From positions 139,066,001-139,130,000 of the forward strand of contig OX597814.1 of the NCBI GenBank assembly GCA_951406725.2: a stretch of DNA of 64,000 nt, in the 5' to 3' direction. Below are positions 1-11,892 of the stretch, one piece after another (position 1 is the first letter of the stretch; the number at the start of each line of letters is the position of its first letter). The notes beneath the pieces are model-generated. The model saw only the letters and a program-made list of their open reading frames with translations, was not told the DNA's origin and made no database searches. A program made the position numbers and the translations under genes. Source of the stretch: Octopus vulgaris. Its lineage: Eukaryota.

Positions 1-1904
1 TGAGAAGGGAAGAGAGTGAGAGAGCAAGAAAACGAAGATACACAATCTACCGCTCTATAGACTCACATCCTACCATCTCCATGAGTTTTCGAGACCTTGG
101 CTATGTGCATAGTTTCTCACGTAATTCAACTTGAATTTAATCATTTCCCCGATCAAATCCAATATAATCCTCAACCATTACAAACGTCCGATGCAATAGT
201 CGTGTGAAGCTTCAGAATCTGACCTTGTGTCTTTCGTTAATAAATAGTCATTAAAAAGCCGGAAATCAAGCAACTGTGGACTTGAAAGTGTTAACTTTAA
301 AAATAGTTTTCTTTATTATACTAGCCAACTACTTTCTTGCTTAATATGTTGTTCAATAAAACCAGCACTCCTATAATAGCTTTTGGCTTACGGCGACTCT
401 TTCGGTGAATCCCCATTAATTAGATATTTGCCTTCCAGTTAATAAGAAAGAAATCCATTCAAAAAATTACAAGATATAAAATGACAACATGATATGATTA
501 TTATTTGATTTTTTAAAGCTTTTTTTAACCATCAGAGAAACAAAACTCGGAATTCCAACAACTAAACATCGCATCAAGCAATTGCTAATATTCAATTTTA
601 TTATAGAGCTAATATTTGACTAAGGAGGTTATTGATCACATTTTAATTGTCGATGTCAATCTCTCATTTAATGGCTCGAATCAAAGACGGAGAAGAAGGA
701 AAGAGAAAAAGACAGATAAGATGAGAAAAGGAAAAGAGGAGGATATTTAATGAAATTAAAATGGTGACTTCAAAACGAAAATTAGAAAGACGAATATTTA
801 GTTTTCTTTCTCGGCGTTTTGAGTTCAAATCTCATCCAATCGATTGCATAGTTCAATCGTTTCCGATCAATAGTGAAAATAAAAATTAATATTTGAATAA
901 AAGTGTTGATTTTAATTTTAGAAATAACAAAAAACGAATGTGAGAACAGTAAAACTTGAGGCAAATATGTAAGACATTTATATCGCCACCAATATGGCAT
1001 ATAATTGAAATTAGGCTATGTTATTATTTTTCTTCTTTCTTGTTCTTCCTTCATCACATCTTCTTGTCGCTCCTCCTTCTTCCCCTCCTTTACCTTCTTA
1101 TCTTCCTCCTCCTGTTCCTCCACCTTCTTTTTCTCATTCTTTTTCCTCTTCTTCGGAAATCGGGCAAATGGAAAGGGTGACAGGAAGAAAATTGGTTATG
1201 GGATAAGTACCTGAAGGCAAAAATAAAATTAAGAGAAAATAAATGACCAGAAAATCCTAATTATATCTTTGAAATATTTGGTTGTTAGACAACAATAGAT
1301 TTTTTTATCTCCATTTGAGGATTATCATTGCCATGCTTTTTGTTTTTTGCTACTTTTCACTTTTTTTGTTAAATTGTGTTGCTAGCCAAGTTTCTATTAA
1401 AATACATAAACCGATCCTCAACGGATCGGTTTATGGCTTCCGGTCCCATTGCCTGTTTAAATATTTCTGATCCATTAGGACTTTTTCAGCATCACCAGTC
1501 GCTGCAGTACCAACAATATCATCATCATCGCCATCGTTTTTGTCTCCATCGCTGTCATCATCCTCATCTTCATCATTACATTCTTCTTCTTTGTCTCCTC
1601 CTCCTCATCAATCTTCTTGGTAACAATATACTGCTGTGCGTATGTAACGATGTGCTGGAGTGTATAAAAAGCATAGATATATTAATATGTGTGATAATTT
1701 TAGGTGTGTAAACTTAAATACATGACTGTGCAAATATAACAATATATGCGCATATATATATGGTTGTGTATATCTTACAGAAAGAGTATCTAAACTTACA
1801 TTCTTGAAAGAATACACACACACACGCACACATACACACACACACGCGCGTGCGTACACACACACACACACATGTCAATCTTGCGAAGTCTTCCCGTGTT
1901 TAAA

Positions 1905-2015
1905 GCTTGATACTTTTCTATCGGTACCGAACTGGTAAGTTATGCGATGTAAACAAACCGGCACCGGTCGTCAAGCGATGGCGAGGACAAACATGTGTGT
2001 GTGTGTGTGTGTGTG
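1905..2015 (-). mobile_element. SINE family D, 3'-half fragment ending in its internal (GT)n
   Basis: tactt..tctatcggt..ccgaact..aagttatg..gatgtaaaca..ccggtcgtcaagc matches the reverse complement of the full copy at 48498-48875. Confidence 0.6.
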
Positions 2016-2016
2016 T

Positions 2017-2766
2017 AATTTAAAAGTTAGCACAAGGCTTGAAGATGCGGAAACAGCATCGACCTGTTTAGAAATGGAAGCTAAATTCCTAATTCAACCG
2101 TCGGAAGGCACCAAATAACAGAAAACAACAGTAGACGAGGAAACGGATAAAGAATTAAGACATTTAAAAAAGCACACCTTTAAAGAATATGTCATTCAGA
2201 TACACATATACCATGGTTTGGGGTTGTGGCCCGAAGGCCTCAACCTTCTTCAAGATGAGTCAATAGTAAAATTCTAAATCCGTCACGTTATAAATCTCCC
2301 TGTGTTATGGCTTGTTTTGCGCCAAACCGTTCTACATGGTGCAAATATATATATAAGCAAAAACATTCGAATATTTACACTCGAAGTAAGATGTTAATAT
2401 CATCTGCGCTGAATATTTTTAAATGATAATATTTTTAAATGATAATAATGGCATATTCTTTAAAGGTGTGCTTTTTTAATGTCTTAATTCTTTATCCGTT
2501 ACCTCGCCTCCTCTTGTTTTTTCTGTTATTTGGTGCCTTTCGGCGGTTGAATTAGGTGCTTAGCTCCTATTTCTAAATAGGGCGATGCTTTTTACGTATC
2601 CTCATGCCTTGTGCTAACTTCAAATTTTATAGGTATATAATGCTATTAGACCTGTTGAACCACCTATGTTACTGCTATTAATATTATCATTTAAAAACAT
2701 TCACTGCAGATGATATTAACAATAATAGCACTTTACTTCGGGTGTAAACACTCGAATGTTTTTGCT

Positions 2767-2770
<4 letters not shown>
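2017..2770. mobile_element. Non-coding Penelope-like/retrozyme-like element with interleaved inverted repeats
   Basis: 2017-2196 is the diverged reverse complement of 2447-2628; 2352-2432 is the reverse complement of 2680-2770; decayed hammerhead-like motif at 2202-2260 (-). Confidence 0.6.
2202..2260 (-). ncRNA. Decayed type-I hammerhead-like motif
   Basis: acucauc UUGAAGA a GGUUGAGGCC-UUCG-GGCCACAACC c CAAAC CAUG GUA uaugugu; palindromic stem III ACCAUGGU; C3 and G12 deviate from consensus. Confidence 0.4.
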
Positions 2771-2807
<37 letters not shown>

Positions 2808-2809
<2 letters not shown>

Positions 2810-2960
2810 CGAGCTTTCAGTTTGTACCAAATATACTCACAACGCTTTGGTTAAACCGGGGTTATAGTAGAAAAGATTTGCCAAAGTACCACGCAATTAG
2901 ATTGAGCCCAAGATCTCAGTCGGGAAGCCAGCTTCTCAAACGAACAGCCATTCCTACGCC
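2808..2960 (-). mobile_element. SINE family D, 5' half
   Basis: acgagctttcagtttg-taccaaat..actcacaacgctttggt..cggggttatagtagaa matches the reverse complement of the family D head and body. Confidence 0.65.
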
Positions 2961-3349
2961 TATAATTGTTGGCGAAAACAAAACAGCACATTCAATTGAC
3001 TGGTCTGAAAGGCAGACCAGTCAACAGAATATGAAAATACTGTTTGTAAAACAGAATAGCAAACTAGAACGGAAGATAGTAAATAGCAAATCGTTAAAAG
3101 TTTCTGGGAAAATAAGAACAGCAGGGAAAAAAGACAAACATCAAAACTAAGATGTATTTAGGTGTAATAATTGAAGATAATCATTGAGATATTGTTGAAA
3201 TGTAAAATCCATTTAAACGTAATATTAAACGAATGTCAGTGAGATATTGTTGAAATTCAATTAAAATAAATCGAGATAAAAAGTTCAAATATAAATACGT
3301 CAAATGAAGTTCTTCCGTTGATAGGAAAACACGGCATGTCTAAAACCAA

Positions 3350-3643
3350 TATGAAAATACGGGAAGACTTAAGCGATTAAAATACAAGATTGATTCAAAG
3401 TGTTTATGTATATATGTATGTACGCTTTATTTATAAGATACACACGCACACATGCACACACACGAACACACACGCGCACACACACAAACACACACACATA
3501 TACATACATATATGTGTGTGCGTGTGTGTGCATGTGTGCGTGTGTGCGTGTGTATCTTATAAATAAAGCGTACATACATATATACATAAACACTTTGAAT
3601 CAATCTTGTATTTTAATCGCTTAAGTCTTCCCGTATTTTCATA
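3350..3643. repeat. Perfect long palindrome (about 103-bp arms, CA/TG-rich spacer)
   Basis: 3350-3452 is the exact reverse complement of 3541-3643; the ORF track gives mirror ORFs 3369..3593(-) and 3400..3624(+). Confidence 0.95.
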
Positions 3644-3659
3644 AATATATATATATATA

Positions 3660-4957
3660 CAGGTTGCAGTGAATAAATTGTCGTCTAGATTACGCAAAAA
3701 TGAAAATAAAATTGGAATCTCATTTTTACAGATATATTTACAAAAATTACATAAAAAATATCTTGAAATACTAAAGATTAAATTCATTCAATAAAATCGG
3801 CATTGGCTTCAACCATAGCCTCCAGACGACTTCGGAATCTCCTGCAACTTTTCTCGGCGGTCTCTTTGTTTAAGTTGGTCAATGCTGCCATAATCCTTGC
3901 CTTCGGTTCATCTTTGGTGTTACAAGGAGTTTTGCTGGCCTCTCGCTCAGCTACGCCCCACACATAATAATCAAGGGAGTTGCAGTTTGGGGAATTGGGT
4001 GGCGAGATGTTAGGGGTGATGTAGTCGCAGAAATTGTCTGACGGCCATGACTGGGTTCTCCTGCTGGTGTGGCATGGCTCAGAGTCCTGTTACTAGACAC
4101 AGGGTCCTCTAGCAGCCACCCTCTCTACCCAGGGCAGCACTACCTCCTCTAAGCACTTGATGTAGCCCTTTGTGTTGATTGTGAGGCCGTGTGGGAATAT
4201 GAAGGGAGGCATAATGTCGTTATCACTAGTAATCATTCCAAACACAACGCTGTCGACTGGATGTTTGCTTTTTATCACTCTCGGTACATGTTTTAGACAC
4301 ACGGCAAGCCAACGGTTGTTTTGTGTATTCACCATCTGATCCTAGCAGAAATTGTTTTTCGTTTGAGAGAAACCAAAGCATGTTCGGTTGGAGGGAATGC
4401 TTGAGTTTTTTCCAAAGCTTCATATCGCAGTCTTTCCTCATGTCTTTGATGGCTTGGGATAAAAATTGGCCCTTTCACATCTGGTATGAGAAATATCGAA
4501 TGTCTTCATGTACTACCTACCTGATAAGAAACTCAGACACTATCATGCCCCTGGCGATGAACCTGTTTGCCTTGGTCGGATCGTTGTCAATCATAGCCAG
4601 GATCTCACCAACAAATTCAGGAGTTCTTTCCTTAGAACGATCAGAGTGAGTTTTCTGAACTGCCGTACCCTCATAATCACCATTAGACTCATCCAACCCT
4701 TTCCGATTCCTCTGCATTGTCCTCAGATTCACACCCAAACACCGAAACGTTCGCATTGGAGCTTCCGGTGCGAATGCCAAGCAGTACAGTATGTCGTTTC
4801 CAAATGTCTGGCAGAGTGAAGTGCGTCATGGTGCTGTTTTTCTCACAGAAAGTGCCCAACTGACTCTACTATACTGTGTAGTCGACAAAATCAAAAAACA
4901 ATGCGCATTTGCGAAATTTCAGATATAAAATGGCGATAATTTACCCATCGCACCCTG
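3660..4957 (-). mobile_element. Full-length decayed Tc1/mariner transposon, DD37D (maT-type) transposase pseudogene
   Basis: Imperfect TIRs caggttgcagtgaataaattgtcgtc / ggcgataatttacccatcgcaccctg flanked by TA; translation QD-SEPCHTSRRTQSWPSDNFCDYITPNISPPNSPNCNSL-DYYVWG has 37 residues between the last two Asp; stops and frameshifts present. Confidence 0.9.
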
Positions 4958-5000
4958 TATATATATGCAAGATTTACTGGGTGGAGTATGGGAAGTCCGG

Positions 5001-5081
5001 GCTACATATGTTTCATAGCGAGTGGAATCTCAGAAGTGGTAAAATCCAAGTGGGGTGTATATCGCCGGCTACTCTTCAGGC
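5001..5081 (-). ncRNA. Type-I hammerhead-like motif with intact core and long stem II
   Basis: gc CUGAAGA GUAGC-(long loop)-GCUAU GAAAC AUAU GUA gc; palindromic stem III ACAUAUGU; stem I only 2 bp; lies downstream of the PLE C-terminus at 6060-6182. Confidence 0.55.
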
Positions 5082-5098
5082 GAAAGATATCTTGATGA

Positions 5099-5350
5099 CG
5101 CGAGCTGGCAGATATCTGAAGGCGGCGAGCTGGCAGAAACGTTAGCACGCTGGGCGAAATGCTTTGCGGTATTTCGTCTGCCGTTACGTTCTAAGTTCAA
5201 ATTCTGCCGAGGTCGACTTTGCCTTTCCTCCTTTCGGGGTCGATAAATTAAGTACCAGTTACGCACTGGGGTCGATGTAATCGACTTAATCCTTATGTCT
5301 GTCCTTGTTTGTCCCCTCTATGTTTAGCCCCCTCTGGGCAATAAAGAAAT
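5099..5350 (+). mobile_element. SINE family A (tRNA-like head GGCGGCGAGCTGGCAGAAACGTTAGCACG)
   Basis: Matches more than 10 other copies in the window; near-identical flanks aagatatcttgatga / aagatatattgatga (TSD-like). Confidence 0.9.
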
Positions 5351-5354
5351 AAGA

Positions 5355-6182
5355 TATATTGATGAGATTAAAGACTACATTGTCGCAAGGAGGCACATGT
5401 TGGCGCAAAGAAATTTCAATCAGAATGTGTGGAGGGCACATTATGTGAGGGGTATACAAATGAGGCGGCAAGTAGGTAATAGAAGGGAAGAAAGAAGAAA
5501 AGAAAAATCAATAAATAACATTAAATAAAATATAGGGGAGTGGGAGAAAGGAGGAATTGGACGGCTCGGTATTAAGTAATATAGTAGTTTTAGTTTAATC
5601 ACAAAATTCAAAAGTGGGATTTGAAGAAATGAGATATTAAAGGGGAGAGTGTGGGGAAATATTTTTGGTCGTGGGGGAAAAAGAAAGTATGTATAAATAA
5701 AGCAAGGTATGTTGGAGAGTTTAAACACAGTTAGTAGTTTTATGGTTAAAAGGTGTAAATTGGTGCAAGAAGAAAAGAACCAATGAAGTGGTGATGGCGT
5801 AGGTAGCCGTATGCATTTGTACGTTTACGGGTGGAGGAGGTAGGAAGGGGAGTGAAATATAAAGAGAGAAGAATATTTTAGGTAGTAAGTAAAAATACGG
5901 ATAGAAAATTGTAATTGGCAATTGAGGAATAAAATGGAAAGAAAAAATATTGTTGGTTTAATATGCAGTGGTAGTGAAGGTGGATGAGTAGGAAAAAGAA
6001 TATATGAGAGTTATGGGGAGACAAGAGTGGGGTGGAGTTGTAATTATTTATATTTCGAGAATAGGTTTAGTATCCGATGTTTTCAGATGGATATTATACT
6101 GCTGCGTTCATTGAGACATTCCGTGGATTGCAAAATAGCCACGACTTCGGCTATGCAGAGCTCACACTTATTATCATATCCG
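5355..6182 (-). mobile_element. Penelope-like element 3' end (GIY-YIG C-terminus plus pyrimidine-rich 3' UTR)
   Basis: Reverse-strand translation KCELCIAEVVAILQSTECLNERSSIISI*KHR resembles the PLE C-terminal CxLC..E..I...LNxRSE...CRH motif. Confidence 0.65.
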
Positions 6183-6193
6183 TTATATATCTA

Positions 6194-6337
<144 letters not shown>

Positions 6338-7397
6338 TGCGACGGAGTTACACACAGTTTCCGTCGTCCACATCCACGCACAAAGTATAAGTCAACTCTT
6401 GACCAGAGTAAAAAACGCCCAAATTACCGTGAAACCTCTAAACCACACAACCTGCGACAACATATAAGTTACATGAAAAAAAAAACGAACGTACACTGCA
6501 ATAACTATTCGCTCAAGAAGTGCTTAGTTAGCCAAAACTTACGCTTAACTTAAGAAATTTATTCAGGGGTCTAGATAAAGTAGTAGAGCGCATCTCCCGT
6601 ATTTCTAAAGCAAAGGGATCTGCAAATGTTAAGGGCACAACGGATTCCAACAGACCAAATTAAGATAAATGATTTTCAGATCAACAACATCACAAAGCTA
6701 AGAGCTGGGAAAAGTATCAAATCTAAACCTATCAACGCATATTAGTTCTTTAAAATTGGGGCTGCTGTACAGCGTGGATTGCGAAAGTTATAGTGATGTC
6801 AGTTGAAGGCGATGTCTGAAAGAGTGGAATATAGTATTAGCATTTAGTCATACTCTCTTCTCCTCCGATTTCAAAATTCCGGTAAATCAGGTTTTGTTGT
6901 TCATGCCATTGTGGTCGATTTAACTGAAATTCTCATGATTTTCCGTTGAAATTTAAATGAAAGTTTCGATCGTAATAAGAGATTCTGTAGATTGTCAGAA
7001 CTTCTTAACAGTTTCTACCACTACTTCTTCATTTCATTTTCTTTAAAAGAAAAATCACAAGGCTTATCTATGGTGCTGTAACTTCCAGCATTTGACAAGC
7101 CACTCAAGCAAATGAATGATTGTTTATTCGTACCTTCTACATTATATTATCCGTAGTCAGCTGAATAGCGATCAACCAGTTAGCTGAATAGCGATGAACC
7201 AGTTACCTGCTTCACAGCGCTTTAGCTATGCATGTTTGTTATGCTGCAGGAGTTCATTCATCATTTTTCACGGTGATTTATTTGTCAATGCATTGGCAGG
7301 AAAAAAAAACGCCTCACGATTTTTAGTCATGACCATTTACATTCAGAGTTCAAACTTTACCGTGGCCTTCCAAAATTTCTGACGAATAAATTCCAAT

Positions 7398-7610
7398 AGA
7401 GGGCTGTAAATTCCTGACTTATAGGGTACCACGAAAGGCCTGTTTGGAGGACCAACCTTCCGAGTTCTTTCACAGGGCCTAGAAGAACTGAAGAACCGCT
7501 GCAATAAGTGTGTGAATCTGAGAGGGGAGTATGTTAAACAAAATCATAATTAACTGATTCTCCTGTATATTTTTTATCCAAAGCCAGGAAATTTTCAGCG
7601 CTCACTCTTA
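7398..7610 (+). mobile_element. Mariner-derived MITE/short deletion derivative
   Basis: aaccgctgcaataagtgtgtgaatctgagaggggagtatgtt is a mariner transposase C-terminus; ends agccaggaattttcagc; homologous to the reverse complement of 44612-44833. Confidence 0.7.
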
Positions 7611-8004
7611 AAGTACTGATCAAGTAGAAAAGTCAATGTAATTGAATGCCCGCCTTGTGTCTATAGTAGAAATATTTCATACCAATATATTAAATTATAG
7701 TATGATTTTTAGATCTATATAAAACTTTGTGTTGAAAACAGCGCTGTCGGCTATAGGTTTCACGGGCAAAATATACCGAAAAGTATTTGTGTTCGAACGC
7801 ATCGGTTTACCAGTTTCCTTGTTGATACATTTCACAAGATATAGGCATACATACATAGATATATACATACATTCATACACATATATGTGAGCATGTGTGG
7901 GAAGAGAAAGAAGGAGACAGCTATATAAGTGTGTGTACGCGCGTGCATGTATACACTCCTTGTATCAATGGCGCAACTATTGGGTTGGTGACTATATATA
8001 TGTG

Positions 8005-8068
<64 letters not shown>

Positions 8069-8070
<2 letters not shown>

Positions 8071-9077
8071 TTTGATACTTTGATACTTTGATAGGTTTCG
8101 GCCATTATTGGCCCAGGCCATGTCCAACTTAATAGCACCACCTGGTGAAGTCTTTCAAGTCAGAATTTGGGCACTATGGCCCACTCAAGTAGAGAGTTAT
8201 TGTTTGCAGAGACATATCCGGGTGTAGGGGGTTTAACCGGGATTTCTTGAAGGAATCTGTCCAAAGACTTCTTGAACCCTATAGGGTCAGTTTCTGTTTT
8301 AATGTGTTTTGGTGTAATGTTAAAGAGAGCGGGGCCAATTGAGGTGAAATAATTGTGCCGTATTGTTGTTATGAGATGAGAGTGCGATTTTTGTTTTGGG
8401 CGGATGGCACGGGGCCCAAGCCTTGGATGTACCTTAAAGGTGATGCCAACATCATTTGGGCAATGCTGATGGAATATTTTCCACATCATGCAGATGATGT
8501 AGCGCTCACGACGACGTTGGAGAGAATAAAGTTTTAGCTTTTCTAGTCGACCCCAATAGTCGAGGCCTGTCATGCCATCTATCTTTTTTGTGATTGCCCT
8601 TTGAGGTGCTTCAACTTTTATGATACCTTGTATTGTGTGGGGAGACCACAGTGGACAACAGTATTCAAGGTGGGGTCGGGCAAAAGTGGAGAAGAGAAGG
8701 ATAATGGTGTGGATATCTCTCGACTGGAAAGTTCCGAGAATCCAGGAACACATTCTGGGGGCCATGTCAACTTTGGTGTTTATATGAGTGGCCCAGCTTA
8801 TGTTGTCCACAATTACTCCCAAGTCTCTGATGTTGTTGGACGCCTCTTCAGTCACCTCTTCACCACACCAATTATAGCCGCACTTTGGGATGGTCAGATG
8901 GGTCCGGCAAGCGCGCACCCTCCGGCGCATGGTGGCACCGTCCACTTAAAACACCGGGCGTTCGGGTAAGGTTATGATCCGCGCATCGAGGGGACAAGCA
9001 GCCAGTCCCGGCGGATGGATGCACCCCCTGGTCGCGTGGCTTTGTCCACGAAAGTCGGGACCCTACATGATTCCTTG
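8069..9077 (-). mobile_element. CR1/L2-group LINE, internally deleted (GC-rich 5' segment fused to the RT C-terminus)
   Basis: ORF 8160..8945 has IRDLGV..RPHLEYCCPLWSP..QR..TK..RL..LKLYSLQRRRER; 3' hairpin GGCC-AAUAAU-GGCC then three copies of the 8-mer ATCAAAGT; flanked by (TA)n on both sides. Confidence 0.88.
8160..8945 (-). pseudogene. LINE ORF2 C-terminal fragment (261-aa open frame)
   Basis: Motifs typical of CR1/L2-group ORF2 after the RT core; no catalytic YADD or endonuclease domain visible. Confidence 0.85.
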
Positions 9078-9078
9078 C

Positions 9079-9156
<78 letters not shown>

Positions 9157-9515
9157 TATATATATACATACATACATACACACATATATATATTATATAT
9201 ACATACATACATAAATACATAAATACATACATGCATACATACATACATACATACATACATACATACATACATACATACATACATACATACATACTTATGT
9301 GTGTGTATGTATGTAAGTATGATTGGCCTTCCACACATTTTAACCCGAAACTTTGTAGATTACACATTTTCAAGGTGTCATAGGATTGCACACGGAACCG
9401 GGAAGTATGGAAGAAAATATCTTAACCTGTATCAAAAAAGCACAGATTTTAGAATTGAACACCTGATAATACTTTCTCAATTACGAAAATCAAAATCAAT
9501 ATTTCTATTCGATAA

Positions 9516-9766
9516 AGGCGACAAGCTGGCTGAAACGATAGCAAGGCCAGGCGAAATGCTTAGCAGTATTTCGTCTGTATTTAAGTTCTGAGTTCAAATT
9601 CCGCCGATGTCAACTTTGCCTTTCATCTTTTCGGTGTCGATAAATTAAGTACCATTTGCGTACTGGGATCGATCTAATCGACTGGCCTCCTCCCCAAAAT
9701 TTCGAGCATCGTGCCTAGGGTAGAAAAGAAAAATTTTTAAAGGCGGCGAGCTGGCAGAAACGTTAG
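9516..9766 (+). mobile_element. SINE family A copy plus a short second head
   Basis: ggcgacaagctggctgaaacg...gttcaaattccgccg...gcctttcatcttttcggtgtcgataaattaagtacc; second ggcggcgagctggcagaaacgttag at about 9742. Confidence 0.88.
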
Positions 9767-10337
9767 TTATAGTGGTAAAAAATATTACACTTTTAAAGAA
9801 TTGCTTTCGGTTTTCTATTTTATTCTTAAAATCAGATATAATAATCGTGAAGTCTCCTAAGAAAAATAGATATATTAAGTTACGACGATTCAAAGCATCA
9901 AACTGAAAGTTTTTAGGTGCTTTTTCTTTTTAATGATAAGAAGCTATTAGAATAAAATGACTTAAGACTTACTAGAAGATCAACAGAGAAACGATGCGGG
10001 TAACACGTCGAAAGATCCTGAAAGGTTTTTTAAGTGCTGCATAAACCACCTAAATATAATAGACATAAATGTAAATAAACAAAATGAGTGACTGAAAACG
10101 TAAATAATCTCAGTAAGAGTAGCTGCACTGGAACGAATAAAATATTTAATAGACAGCTAGATGTAATGTTAGTCTTTCACAGACTTTACCGGATACAAAT
10201 AATTGCATTGTTATGCACAGCGCATATTAATAAGGCATTAATTTTATAGTAAAATCATATTTACCTATAGAAACGTACATAAAAACGACAGTAAAGGTAA
10301 TACGAGTATAAGCAACCTTATATGTTGCATTTGAGGT

Positions 10338-10723
10338 TGCTGTTGCTGTTTCTGTTGAGCGAACGGTCTTCGTCCCAGAGCAAGATGGGAGAAGTCCGAA
10401 ACGTAGTCCTTTGCTATTCGTAAGACCCGCAGAAGAGAAAGCAGGTCAACCTCCGACACCATCGACGGCTGGATGAATGCGCATCCAGGCTCAGCGGTTG
10501 CGTAGGAGGTCGGGGACAAGAAACAGGAAGAAAGAGTGAGAGAAAGTTGGAGCGAAATAGTACAACAGGTACAACAGGGGTCGCCACCACCCCCTGCCGG
10601 AGCCTCGTGGAGCTTTAGGTGTTTTCGCTCAATAAACACACACAACGCCCGGTCTGGGAATCGAAACCGCAATCCTCCGACCGCGAGTCCGCTGCCCTAA
10701 CCATTGGGCCATTGCGCCTCCAC
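10338..10723 (-). mobile_element. SINE family B (tRNA-derived) with 13-bp TSD
   Basis: Head GGAGGCGCAATGGCCCAATGGTTAGGGCAGCGGACTCGCGG..GGTTTCGATTCCC has A and B boxes; TSD ttgcatttgaggt at 10325-10337 and 10724-10736. Confidence 0.92.
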
Positions 10724-11686
10724 TTGCATTTGAGGTGCACAGAAGTTAGGCATTTGATACGGTAATTCGGTGCAACAATATCTTAGTTGATATTTTAGAC
10801 AATGTACAGATATAAATTCGACATATGACATATTAATAGCCAGTAACATATTTTCTTAGCTATTAAAAGTACATGCTTTTAATATTTTTTAATGCATTGC
10901 TACTTATAATATACACTATCAACAAACAACAGAAGTCTAAAATATATTTTCAAACGTGGGATAGCAACTATATTTAGCGAAACAAATTTGAAACAAATGA
11001 CACTAGCAAATTCTGTCTATAAAATTAAGGGAAAATGTCAGATAAAGCACTAAAATTAAACAATAGAAAAGCAATAAAATTCCAATAAAATATAAATTTC
11101 TGCCTTAAATAGTGGATTAAAATGATATAGTATTACAGAAAACATTTATATAAAAATTAATCTTTTGAAAATAATCCCATAAAATTCTTTAGTTACCGTA
11201 ATGTTTTATGCAACAAAAACAGAAATAGATAGGATGCCCCGTGAGTTAAGAAAACTATAAAAGGTTTTAAATATTATTTAATAAAAAAAATAAATACAAA
11301 TAGTGATTGATAAGGAAACGAAAACACAACTACAAAAACCGTAAAGCTATTTCATCAAAAATTACTGAACATTCATTTGAGATTACTGAGAAAATCTCCA
11401 ATGATTAGAAAACCTGTCAGCTTAATATTAGCATTCAGACATTTTGATGGGTGCCATCTCATAATTTACTATCAGGTCACATTAGGTTTTAAAACCGTTT
11501 TTGTACGTTTCTTCATTTTTTTCTTGTCTTTTTTCTAAATAACACGAATCTTATTTCTAGAAGAACTACAATGTTCTTCGGGAAAATACCAACAGATTGC
11601 CATTCAAGCTACAAAATTAATCTTTAAAAGAGCTATCTGTGCATTACACTTAATGTATATGCATTATTGACAAGCACGATACTGAT

Positions 11687-11892
11687 GTTTCCGTCCGAGA
11701 TAAAAAAAAAAAGACGTCTCTTATAGACGTATTGTGTTAAAAGCACAATATATATCGGAGTGGGTGCACGTCGTTAATAAAACCCCAGAAGGCTGAAATG
11801 CAAGCCGCTAATGGGACGAATTTTCGTCTCCCTCCGATATATTGCGTTTTTAATGAAGTATATCTATAAAACAGTTTATATCGGACGAAAAC
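11687..11892. repeat. Diverged inverted repeat (MITE-like or fold-back relic)
   Basis: gtttccgtccgagataaa...aaaagcacaatatatatcggag pairs with ctccgatatattgcgttttt...tttatatcggacgaaaac. Confidence 0.55.

Noticed and set aside
8090-8125. GGCC-loop-GGCCGAAAC resembling half a hammerhead
   Set aside because: There is no CUGANGA upstream; it is better explained as the LINE 3' recognition hairpin.
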